A stretch of 64,000 nucleotides of DNA. Origin: Sphagnum compactum. Lineage: Eukaryota. Each line of letters opens with the position of its first letter. Within the stretch, counting starts at the first letter, position 1. The notes under the pieces were generated by a model. The model had not been told where the DNA came from. It ran no database searches and saw nothing but the letters and a program-made list of their open reading frames with translations. This document shows, piece by piece, positions 48,104 through 60,324 of the stretch. A program made the translations under genes and the position numbers. The DNA lies in contig OZ234493.1 in NCBI GenBank assembly GCA_965153455.1, positions 4,960,001 to 5,024,000 on the forward strand, read 5' to 3'.

Positions 48104-51100
48104 TTGTTGTTTAAACGACTATGGAGGTTTTTAAAAGTCAATTGTGTTGAAACAATTGAATTGGATTCTAAGTGCATCCCATCCATACAGGTTCTTGGAA
48201 ACAACGCATGTGAAGACCTGTTTGATCCACAAGATCATAGGGTTACAAACATTGGGAGTGAACCCCTTGAAATGGCGGAAAATATTGTTATCAAAGGAGA
48301 AGTTCTATTCATATTGATACAACGAATGGAAAAGGTGAAGAAATGGTATAATGTGCCACAAGAGGTCTTAGCGGACGCTTCATACCAGGTGAAATTATAT
48401 GTTCCTTTCATTAGTATTTTTGTCAATGGTTGGAATAGATGGATGGGTTTTGTAACTAATCGTGGAAATATGCTCACAACACTCAATGAAAAAAAACATT
48501 AACGAGTGGTGCAAAAAGCGGGTGATGTCAAAGAATTGAGAGGAGATGATCATGAAGAAAGGGGTGGAGAATTTGGAAAAGTAAGAGGAAAAGGAGTTCG
48601 GAAAGATTCGTTCGAAGTACAAAAATAGAGTTGGGAAGCTTTTGCCAATTGTCAATCTGTCCAGCAGATAAGAGTTCTTCAATATTTTGAAGGAGAATTT
48701 TGTGCAATGGAGCTAAAATGGACAATTGATAAGTTGTCTTGTTTCATACACACAAAGGTGAGTGCCAAAGAGAGAGTGAGTTATTTGAAGGTCTGGATCA
48801 AGGATGACATGGAGAAATCAGCACATGGATTCCCATTGAAGCTTACGGGGAACACATCATTGGACCCATGGCTTTCAAAGAAAGCATTCATATTTTAGTG
48901 AGTGATGTAAACATTACTTTTGAATTGTGTTTGGAAATGAAATGGGTTTGTAAGTAAAGAGTTATAGCATTGTTGAATGCAACTCTTACAAGCATGCAAG
49001 GACAAGGTCGAGGAGCTAGAGAGCGACCATCAAGAACACATGCGAGTAATATATGAGAAGCCAAAGTTCAGGGAGGGATGGGTGGCAATAAACTCATACG
49101 TGTCAAATACACAACGAAATAATTTTCAAGAATATTTTTGCATGAATTCAACTTGGACAATTTGAAGAAAGGCACAAAAATTTTCTGTTTAGCACTTGGG
49201 AAGAGCAACTATACAACTCATGATTCTCCAATGATGCTTGTTTCAATGAGTACAAACAACACAACTTTGTATGTGAGCACCCAAAAAAAGTAACAAAGTT
49301 TAAACATGGAGAATTTGGTATGGCAAGTACATGAAATTAATTTTAATTGCAGAGGGGTTCATTACCAAACATCGTTCTTTGGGGCGAATTGCAACTAAAG
49401 GGATAGAGTACCAAACATTTATGATCGAGGGGATGGTATTATATTTATTGGTCACTGAAGTCCCAGAGGAGGAGAAAGAATTGTATGAATCCTATAAACA
49501 GGAGGAAGAAAACTCACTCATAGGGGCACCAAGTCAAGAGGTGGATGCAGATGTAGTGGAAGAGATATCATGAGCATCGAAAAACATCCTTGTCAACTCG
49601 ATTCTGACCGCAAACAAAGGGAGAAGACAATTGAAACCATGCCCATGTGCACAATGGAATGCATCGAATTTCATTGCATTTGGCATTGCAAACAGAACCC
49701 AATCGGACTATCTTGCATGAAAAATTTTACAAGCGCAAATGGAAGGATCATGGAAAAGCCCCGGACACGATGAAAAGGTGACATTGAAACAAGCACAAGG
49801 TATATCAAAGAAACAGAGACACATGGCAAGGTACTCCATTGTCATAAATATGAGTAGAGTGGTAGAAAAGAAAGATGTGTTTCTAATCCCATAGTCATGG
49901 CTAGGAACTTATATGGCATACTTATAGAACAAAAAATGCCAGAGACTTGGGGATTGCAAGCATATCATCAATTTGTGAGGCAAGTGAAAAGAACATCAAC
50001 ATAATTATAATTTGGATTGTTTTGAACCCGCAACCCATGAACTAACAAATGATTTTTGTCCAAATGTAGCTGCATTGTCGAAATTTATTAGGGGGAAAGG
50101 GCAAGGAGGAGATTGCACATTTTGACCTCGTTATCATTGACATCCCAGATGGATAAATGGTTCATGGCCTACCGGTAGAATCCATTCCATCATGGAACAC
50201 AAGAGCAATGTCGGATTAGTTTGTTGTAGTAGCATCTGTAGTGAACCTATGGGGGTGTGACGACATGAGAGTCTTGTTCATGTTCTCTCGTGACCATGAG
50301 CTTCAAAAGAAGATGCAAAGACACATGAAAGGAACACCATTCAACAAGGAATTCAAACATTGGACAATCATGAATTCAGTTCTTTTCTATCTGCCAAAAG
50401 CACTAGTAAGGAACACTATTCCGGAGAATAATAACAAATCTGAATAAATCCATTGTATATTCATACCAATGATTGTTTTTTGGATGTAGACATTGTTATT
50501 TTAAGTTATCTGTTGGACATAGCCAAGGCGGGGATTCAAGTTGATGGACAATTTGATGGCATACATTGACCCAAACATCGATCTTATAGATCTTGATGTC
50601 CTTTATGATGTGGTCATGGATAAAACATTCAAAAAGGGGAAAACAAGGTGTGCCATGGAGGGGTGGGAAGGAGAAAGCCCTTGTGTTGATGTAAGAACTT
50701 GTTGAATGTTGCAGCCCACAAGGAGGAAGGGTGTTAGACTTGACAGCAAGAATAGGTATGGCCAATGAAGGTCAAATGCATTATATTTGAATTGTACCAA
50801 TGGTACCTAATCTTGTGTGATGTTCATATGTGATTCTCACATTTTTTTATATCTGATTAATGTAGGTGCATGTATTCTCACTCCCTCGGTAACGAGAAGG
50901 TTAATTGTGGATGGGAGGAATAAATAACTATTCATGATTCACTTTTGGATGCAATGTTTTCGGTGAAGGCAAGGCCATTCGTCGACCAAATAGGTTTGGA
51001 GAAGCATACCACAATAGTTGATGAAGAGGAGGACAACGAGGACACTATCCCATTGACTAATATAAACATTTACGACCAAGGAGTATCAACAAGTCACAAT

Positions 51101-51440
51101 GGGTCCCCTCGAGGAACATGGTGAGTCCTTGAGAATAAACATTGAATTTATCGACCACAGGTAAAATCTTCACCTTACTAACCAGCACCCTTCAATGGCA
51201 AAACACCCCAACTGAGACAAATTTCCAGAGATTTATTCTAAAACATGATTCATGTGATTGCATGTTTATGTGAAACAAGTAGCCATTGGCATGGCTTCAA
51301 CAATGTCTGGAAATATGACAGAAGAATATTTGCCCTCCATTCGAGCCTAACAACGAAGACTCGAAGGTTGCAAATTTGTTGACAATGAAGTTAGAGAAGC
51401 AAGTTGTTCAGAAGACAGCTCGTTGGATGCATTGGATTGA
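48104..51440 (+). pseudogene. Decayed multi-exon gene whose 3' exons encode a beta-class N4C/N6A DNA methyltransferase-like domain (50070 to about 50930)
   Basis: FDLVIIDIPDG at 50121-50153; PWRGGKEKALVLM*ELVECCSPQGGRVLDLTARI|G at 50653-50755; GT-AG introns 50406-50489 and 50756-50865 keep phase. Outer boundaries are approximate. Confidence 0.7.
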
Positions 51441-51839
51441 TGAAAGGAAAGACGAGTACTATGTTTACTTTGTCTTGAAGTACAAACATGGTTAGGGTTC
51501 CCCTAGCATATGTTTATTGATCATCCCAAATTGGGGTAGTTAATTGTTGGTAGATAACAAGACAAGTTGTACTTGTAGTTTCAATAAAAGAAACCCAACT
51601 TCTTTTCTCTTCAACTAGAATGCAATATTTTTCCCAAATGATGCATAATACAATTAAATGGTTATAAACCGCAAATGAAGATTCCGTTCATATTATGAAA
51701 TGGTTTGATGATTTTGATTTAGCCAATCATAGAGTATAATACATATTTTGTTACAAGGGCTGCACCCATTACAAATTAGGTTGACTTTAAAATGGCCTCA
51801 AGCTATGCCAGATTCACCAAAGCTATAACATGGACATCG

Positions 51840-53192
51840 GTGTTTGGCTAACTGGTGTACGTAACCATGAGATATAAAGGACAAATAGGCTTGAAATGGG
51901 TGTGTGGCTACTCCCATTCAAAATACACCTATGTTGACGTAAACATTTGGGAAACTAACGTAAGATCCTGCCAGATGGGAAGGACAGATAGGCTAGAAAT
52001 GGGTGTGGCGCTACACCCATTCGACTTACGCCTATGTTGACGTAGACATTTGGGAAACTTGCATAGTTACCCATAGGACGGGAGGGACTGATAGGCTTGA
52101 AATGGGTGTGTAGCTACTCCCATTTGCGATATAGCTACGTTGACGTAGACATTTGGGAAACTGGCATAGTTACCCATAGGACGGGAGGGATTGATAGGCT
52201 TGAAATGGGTGTGTAGCTACTCCCATTTGCGATATAGCTATGTTGACGTAGACATTTGGGAAACTGTCATAGGTAACAACAAGATATATGGGACAAATAG
52301 GCATGAAATGATAGTGTAGCTACTCACATTTGAAATACACCTACGTTGACATAGACATTTTGGGAAATTGGCATAAGTACCCACGAGATAGGAGGGACTG
52401 ATAGGCTTGAAATGGGTGTGTAGCTACTCCCATTTGAGATACACCTATGTCGACATCGACATTTGGGAAATTAGCATAAGTAACCACGAGATATAAAGGA
52501 TTGATAGGCTTGAAAAATGTTAGTGTAGCCATTTCCATTCGAAATACACCTACGTCAATGTAGACATTTGGGAAACTAGCATAGGTACCCACAAGATGGG
52601 AGGGATTGATAGGCTTGAAATGGGTGTGTAGCTACTCCCATTTGAGATATTATGTTGACATAGACATTTGGGAAACTCATGTAAGTAACCATGAGATATA
52701 AGGGACAAATGGGCTTTAGAAATGTTTGTGTAGCTACTCCCATTCAATATACACCGATGTCAACATAAACATTTGAGAAACTGGCATAGGTACCCACGAG
52801 ACGGGAGGGACTAATAGGCTTGAAATGGGTGTGTAGCTACTCCCATTTGAAATACACCTATGTCGATGTAGACGTTTGGGAAATTGGTGTAGGTAACCAC
52901 GAGATATAAAGGATGGATAGGCTTGAAATGTTAATGCAGCTACTCCCATTCGAGATACACCTATGTCGACATAGACATTTGGAAAATTGGCGTAGGTACC
53001 CTTTAGACAAGAAGGATGGATAGGCTTGAAATGGGTGCGTAGCAACTCCCATTCGAGATACCCCTACATTGACAAAGACATTTGGGAAGTTGGAGTAGGT
53101 ACCCACTAGGTGGGAGGAGTGGACACACTTTAAATGGGTGTGCATCTACTCCCATTCGAAATACACCTAGATCGATGTAGACGTTTGGGAAA
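51840..53192. repeat. Tandem array of about 13 x 103-bp units with two largely alternating variants
   Basis: GACATTTGGGAAA anchor (with variants) at 52045, 52148, 52251, 52354, 52458, 52563, 52663, 52768, 52871, 52974, 53077, 53180. Confidence 0.95.
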
Positions 53193-53746
53193 CATATAGT
53201 GAGCACATGGGAACCACTTGGGAACAAAATAGGAATTTCATTGGAACATGGGACACGGAAACTAGACATCTGAACCTTTTTAAAATTTGTAATCTTCTAG
53301 TTTGGAAGATTATACAACAAATGTTCTATCCTGAGAGATTATGGAGCATAATCTTCTTGCCTAGAAGATTGCAAACTGTCATCCAAGTGACATATGGCAG
53401 GTTGAAAAGCACCAACATTACCCAGCATACTAGGTTTTTGGAACCAAAAAGTGGCATAATCATTCACCGTGGATGTTCACCTAAAGGTTTATATATAATT
53501 TGTATATTTGCAAGTGGTTTTGGCACACACCGTCCTCCTATGGCAACACCTAAGGAGTCAGGACACATGCCCCATGCCTGCAAATTGACCCTGAATCATA
53601 ATTTGTCTAAACTGATGAGAACAAATTGTTAGGCCCAAACTAATTTGACGGGGCATCCTTGGTCTATGCCCCTTGCAAAAAGTATACAATGTGTAGTCCC
53701 AAGAGCTAAGCGGCTCTCATGACAAGTTGGCTTGTTCACAAATAAG

Positions 53747-56233
53747 CAGGCCTCTATATATATGGAAATCTATTAATAGAATTCGTAAGTTCCGTATTTC
53801 ATTTTCGTAGGGTGCTGGTTTTTAACGGTATCAAAAAAAATCTATGTTTCATTTTCGTAGGGTGTTGTTTTTTAACGGTATAAAAAAAAAACTTTATTTC
53901 AATTTTGAAAGTCCGTGGCGCATTTTCGGATCACCAAACGATGTTCCCTTGCCATTTACTGCATTCTTGCTCGATCGATGGAGACCTCTGAGCTTGCTCC
54001 GAAGCGTCCCTGCAAAGCTGGAGCTCGCAAGACGCCCTTCAAGACGAAACACGCCATACAATATGGACTTTCCATTACAGCCCGCGACCCGATGTCTTCT
54101 GAAGTTGTTGTTGTCTGCTGCCAATTTTGCATATGCTTTGGTCGCGAAGGCTCTTCTAAAAATCGTTGACGATTTGGACGTTTGAAGGACCTCCATTTCG
54201 AACCGATAATTACACGCAGCACCTTCACCTGAATCACAAAACTCGATGGGAAGAATACCAAGGGTTGGCACATCAGGAGAAATCAAAATATTTCGACGTC
54301 GTTGTCAAGCACGATATGCCATTACATCGAGCCCCGATCTGAAGCTATCACATTGACCGTCAGCAACAGCATCGTTGATGTTGTGATTGGCGACATGCTC
54401 TGGCATCCAACTGACATGGAAGGGCAAACACGTGAAAACGCATTGTCTCTTTTTAAACGGAAAGAAGACGGTAGCTATTTCGTAGAGATCACCAAGTCAA
54501 AGCAATTCTTGCTAGCGACACGTTATGTTAGACGTGGAATGTCGTTTGCCATGGCTGCAGATGCAATTCATGATGCAAAAGAGGTTTGCGACATTCCAAA
54601 GCTCGGCGCTTGCAGCGATTACTTGGTTGCTTCCTACGCCAGAGTTGCATGTGCCCTTTCGATTGAACACATTTCGCAAGTTCTATGCAGCAAATGGGAA
54701 TTTTCAGTGGCGTTTGACACGTCAACCGACCTTCAGCAAACCTCTTGGGTTGATGTTCGCATTCGATACTATCAAAACTCTACTCTGGAAAACTTTCATC
54801 TGATTACTCTCCCATTTGCTGGGCAGCACACTGGCTTGGCCACGTTCGAGATGTTTGAGAAACTGTTTGACGCTGTCTGTCCTTTATGGAAAGACAAGTT
54901 GATTGGTTGCTCTACGAACGGGGCAGCAAATATGATTGGGCGTCTTTCTGGAGTTGTGACACGGATCCAAAACGTTGTGAAGCCAAACTTCATGCGAGTG
55001 TGGTGTCTGTTGCATCAAATAGACATCACTATGCAGAAGGTTTACAAGCGAGTAGGTTGTAACTTTTACAAGATGCTTACCTCCATTATTTCGTTCTTGA
55101 GGCGCCAGAAGAACGTCGTTGAGGAAATGCAAGCCATCTGTCCGAACCTTTCAGCCACTCGGTGGGCTTCTATGTCGCGCGTTGCTTGATTTCTGGTTGA
55201 GAAGCGATCGGAAATTGTAACATACTTTGCTAAAACGGAACCATCCGATCGTTTTGACCAGCTTCCAACTCTTGCTTTCTGGATCTTGATCTCTGTCATT
55301 AGCGAGATCTCAACGCACATTAGTGAGTGCGTCGAGAGCTTGCAAGGCCGGCGGGTGACTTTACAGCAGCAAACGGCTGCCGTTCAATCACTGCTGGATT
55401 CTTTATAGCGTTTTGCTTTCGTGGAACTCACTCCCAATGATGACACTTTACCGGCCATGCAGGACGTCGTCGTTATTGGGGAGAGGCAGGTCAGTTACGC
55501 TGACCTAAGGGGATTCATTCAAGATCAGGGCATCTTCGCCAACCAAATTCTTGATGCACTAGAGCCAGAAGAATGCACTGAAGTTCTGGATGCCGTTGGC
55601 GAAATCCTTCTGTCGATCGTCAACGGGTTGAGCTCAGTCAAGGCTTTGCGCGACGAAGTGAACGACGCCAGTACTGATGGCATGCCTCCTTGCTTGCCGC
55701 ACGAACTGCTAGCGTTGAAACCACGCGACGTCGTTCAGTTAGTCCTGAAATTCCACGATCGACTATCGGTTTCCTTGACTTAGAATTCCATTGATTTGAT
55801 TGTGGATCAGCACAAGAAGCTTCTGAATGCCGTCAGCAAGGAGCCAAGGATCCAAACTGCCTCGGCTCGTCACAGTGAGCAGACAGACTTTAGCGACGCT
55901 TGGAAGACCCCATCCATTAAGGACCGGTTTCCTGAGCTGATGGAGTTCTGTGGGGGCTTGGCTTCTCCTTTCCCCAACACGGCCACCGTTGAAAGCGATT
56001 TCTCAGTTTTGAAATGGGAAAAGGATCTACACTGATCGAATATTACTCCTTTTTCACTTGAAGGGATCTTATACTGCTGTCAGATTCGCTCTTTGCTGAA
56101 GAATTAACAATGAAAGCCAATGATAGAAGAGATTTCTGAATAAATTTCGTATATTCCGTATTTTATTTCTGTAGCGCGCCGTATTTTATTGAAAAACAGA
56201 ACATAGGGATTGTTCCGAAGATAGAGAGGCCTG
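53747..56233 (+). mobile_element. hAT DNA transposon, TIR CAGGCCTCT(A/C)TAT, 8-bp TSD CAAATAAG
   Basis: TSD at 53739-53746 and 56234-56241; transposase inside. Confidence 0.95.
53978..56107 (+). pseudogene. Intronless hAT transposase pseudogene
   Basis: CQFC...H..H zinc finger, SVAFDTSTD, STNGAANM, WCLLH, TRW, PNTATVESDFS; frameshifts near 54165 and 54320; stops at 55187, 55406, 55781, 56033. Confidence 0.9.
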
Positions 56234-56555
56234 CAAATAAGGCATGAAAGGCCACAATGCAGGGGATCTGTAAAGATATTGAGGTATATATATTCATCCT
56301 TCTTATTAATTAGTTGAGGGGCATGACAAAGTTTTTTGTGTGTGGAAGGAACCAGTTTGATTGGCCCATCACAATTTGTTTTTGAAACACTGGGCACTCC
56401 CCCATAGAAGCACAGAGGTGCTTCCCTGTGGCCCCCCTTTATATAGTTTATGCATATGAAAGTTCAACTTTGGCCAACTCAATGGGAGCAGGAAAAATCC
56501 CTCCCCCGCTGCCGCCCACCCCTAAACCCAAAAAGGAAAAAAATTGGGCCCTCAT

Positions 56556-59167
56556 GGCCTGAGTGACCCAGCACCCACCAGCGCACCATCCAAAAAATTC
56601 TGTTTAGAGATTTTTTGGATGGATGAAATCCAACCTAACCTTCGAACAGGGTCCTGGGGTGCAGTTGCGATTTTTTTCCCATGCCCCTGACCCCAACAGT
56701 TAGTTTCTAAAAATACATTTTTTAATAAAAGAAAATTACATCCCCCAAACTCCCTTCCCACCTACCTCCCTCCTCCATGCTTCTCATTTCTCACTCACCA
56801 TTTTCTCCTCACTCTCTTGTTTTCTTCCTTTTCTTTTTTTTCTGTTTGTATTGTTTTTATTTATTTATTGTTTTCTTTCTTTGTTTCTTTTCGTGTTTGT
56901 TTCTATGTCTTTTGTTTTTTTTTTCATTTCTTTTTGTGTTTGCTTCTATGTTTTCTTTTTTCGTTTCTTTTTGTGTTTGTTCTATGTTTTTTCTTGTGTG
57001 TGTTTTTTTTTCTTTTTGTGCTCTTTGTGTGTGTGAAAGAGGAGGAGTTGTACAACAACAAGAGCTTGTTACATCATATAATGTTTTTAATGTTGGTAGG
57101 TCGTAAAGGAAGAAAACCTTAACAATAGCAAAGGTTGTTAGCTTGCAGAATTGTGTGCGTGTGAGGGATAATGAAGAGGAACAAACAAATGTGTGTGGAC
57201 TTGACAAGTAGTAAAGAGGAAATCAATGTCAACACAATGAGGGTATTGCATGCACATCAAACCGTTGGTTTTTTTTCATTTTTTTGTTTTTGTATTTGAT
57301 TTTTCTTGTTTTTTTCATTATTATTTTTGGGGGTTTTGCTTTTCAAAGGAGATTTATTAAGAAATTTACTTCTTCTTTTTTTCTTTTTTTTTTTCCCGTT
57401 TTTGTGTTTTTTTTTTCCTGTCATGTGCTTTGTTAATAATTTTTGTAATTAATATTTTTGTTTCTATGTTTATTTGTGGTTTTATTATTTTGGTTTTTTG
57501 TATTTATTTTGTTACCATCTCCTCCTTTGTTTCTATTGTCCTCCTCAATTATAAATCATAAATTGGAAACTAGACTTTACATTTTGTTTGTAATGCATTG
57601 TGATTAGGATTGCAATAAATTATTTTTTGTTATGGTTGTTGTTAAATTGATTAGAATGGCACCTCACACAAGGTTGGAAAAAACTCAACCTTCACCAACC
57701 ATGGACATGATAGTTTTGGTGATGGTTGATGGACTAGCGCATGGTGCAACAAATGAATTAATGGCATCTATGTTAAAGGATCAAGTTGAATCAAGTGTTG
57801 GTTCATGGAAAAAATTGTTCCAATCCGAACACTATATGTAAGCAATTGCAATTAGTTATACTATTGTTCTTCCTTGAGGTGATCAATTTAACTATTTCCT
57901 TTTCGGACCTTCCCCACCTTCCCAAAAAAGTTGGTGAGGTTTTTTTTCAATATTTTTGGGTGCAATACCCCAATTTTTTGGGATTTTAATTTTTGAATTA
58001 ATAATACCTTCATACACCCATGTTCCTAGCCATTGGTGTGTAGGAAATATTTTCATATTAATCCTCCCAACTTTCATCATGTTGAACAATGTTCTCATTT
58101 CAATACCAAGGGTCTAATGTACAAGTAATACCCTCATTAATATTCACCAAAAGTTTAATAATTTTGTTTCATACCTTTTGTCATGTTGACTATAGAATTA
58201 AACAACATAAATAATTATATGAAAATAATATTTATAAATCTAATCTATATTGTTTAAAGTACACCATTAAAATAAGCAAATCAAATTATTAAATCTAGAC
58301 TTAACTACTTAATTAAACTAAATACAACATGCAATAGATGTGCCAATGTTGAGCCGAAGTTCTACATTCTTGGGACATCTATGTGAGGTTTGCAATACTT
58401 TCATCATAATAAAAAACATCTTTTGACAATTTAATACAATGCCCTAATGAGGGTATTTCACATGATTTGAACTTTTATAACTTTATACAATACCTTCAGA
58501 ACGTTTTAAAATATAAATTTTCAAACCAATTCATATCTACAATACCTTATTCAAGTGAGGATAAATATTTTAATCATGATTTTAAATATTGCTTGAATGA
58601 ACAAGTCCAAGCTCTATGCAATATCTTTGTTTTATTTTATTTTTCATCATTTTCAATAGTTGTGGGTTCTATTGGAGTGGCAGTTGCAGGTAGGTGCAAC
58701 CAAGTAGGTGGGGTCTAGTAGGTACCTACCTAAAGGGCTAGAATGTAGGAAACTGGAAGGGTAGGCAAGTAGGTAAATGGGTGGGTGGGTAGGTAGGCAA
58801 ATAGATGGGTGGGGGGATAAAGTAGGTGGGGAGAAAAATATCACATTTTAAATATATAGGTGAGTAGGTAGGTGGGAGAGAGTCAATTTTAAATTTAAAA
58901 GTATTGGTGAGTTGGTAGGTGGGGGTGAGTGGGATAGGTTGGCGAGAGAGTATGTGGGTGGGGGGGAAGTTTCAAAAAAAAAAAAACTGGATGGGAGATG
59001 GGGAGAAAAAAAAGTTCCAAAACAAAACCTGAGATCAGGGCTGAGAAAGGGGAAAAAAAAAGTCAACCTGCTAATTACCTTGGTTAACTCAGGGACAGAA
59101 AAAAAAATCCCATCAGTGCCCCATCCATCCAGGATGGTGCACTGGTGGGTGCTGGTTCACTGTGGCC
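56556..59167. mobile_element. Non-autonomous Mutator-like element, about 36-bp imperfect TIR, 9-bp TSD GGCCCTCAT
   Basis: Left GGCCTGAGTGACCCAGCACCCACCAGCGCACCATCC; right (reverse complement) GGCCACAGTGAACCAGCACCCACCAGTGCACCATCC; TSD at 56547-56555 and 59168-59176; interior is low complexity. Confidence 0.85.
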
Positions 59168-60023
59168 GGCCCTCATGGCATGTTGAGCCTTCTCATTGGG
59201 CGCATGAAAATTATGGTTCTAAAACTGTCTGTCACCAGTTTCGACCTAGGCTAATGCAAGGAAAGGGAAGTATGGGTGGACATTGAGTGGGCCCAGGAAT
59301 CCCTTTCTGGGCCACATACATCCAGCAGAATCAATTACCATAACAAAGCCCAGGTAGCATTGATGCTCGAACTAAGTAGCCAGGCAGATGATATTGCAGA
59401 ACTTTGGATTGCTGGACTTGGTATCCAATGGATTACAAACGGTTGTGCCAGATGCACCATCCCCAACGTGTGAACTTTTCAACTATACAAAACAAAGTAT
59501 TCTTAGGTCATCATCTAAGACCTTCATTACTCCACTGGTGTGGCAACCAGTAGTGTAATTCCAGGTGGTTTCTCTTGCACACAACGTGAACTTCCCACCT
59601 CCCACCACTATTTTATGGTTGGAAACGAAGGCATTTTTTGTCTTTTATGGGCCAAACAAGGTTTGTTGCGGTTTGATTCATTCCTTCTAACACACTTTCA
59701 TGACAACCTTGTAGGGGCTTTACACCTTCATGCATAGGTATTAGATTAAAGGAGGACAGAAATTACCTATGGGTTTGAATCAATGTGGGTGGTTTTTTAT
59801 TGTTTGTAATAAAGTCCAGTTCCAGGTATTTCAAAAAATCAGAATCGAAGGAGTGCTGGGTCTGGGAATTTGAAAAAGAAACCAGAATTAAAGAATCATT
59901 AGGTTTCATGAAGGAATCGGCAGTCTAGACCGCTACTTGGCTTGTAAAAGAAGTGAGGACCATGGTTGTAGATAAGGACTCAGTATTTGATTTTTTTGGA
60001 TAACCATGGTTGTCAACTCTGAT

Positions 60024-60324
60024 CAGTGTTTTTTTTTCTGGCGAACTGGGGCAAAATTTCACCCTCAGCTGGGGAGGCGCAACCACCACAACAGGAGTTT
60101 ACAGCAGCTCCAAATCGTCAGACACTGTTATTAATGAGGTTTAAGGTTTGCCAGATTTTTATTGCATAAGGCAGTTTTCCTGGTAGTTTTTTACTGTTTT
60201 GACAGTTTTCTCAAATCTTTTCGTCATTAAGGCTAAACCTTCTGTGGGATCATTGCCACTCATGCTAAATCTCTTGGGATGATCGCCATCTGTGCCACAT
60301 AAAAAACAAGAAAAAAAAATACTG
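60024..60324. mobile_element. hAT-type MITE (301 bp), TIR CAGT(G/A)TTTTTTTTTCT, 8-bp TSD ACTCTGAT
   Basis: TSD at 60016-60023 and 60325-60332. Confidence 0.9.

Noticed and set aside
51840-53192. CRISPR-like array
   Set aside because: Whole units repeat with no unique spacers, there are no cas genes, and the context is eukaryotic.
47260-53560. TIR-bounded element enclosing the MTase-like gene
   Set aside because: No convincing TIR or TSD pair could be found by eye; the carrier element is undefined.
56777-57207. Phe-rich membrane-protein-like ORFs
   Set aside because: Translation of a T-rich low-complexity tract inside the MULE.
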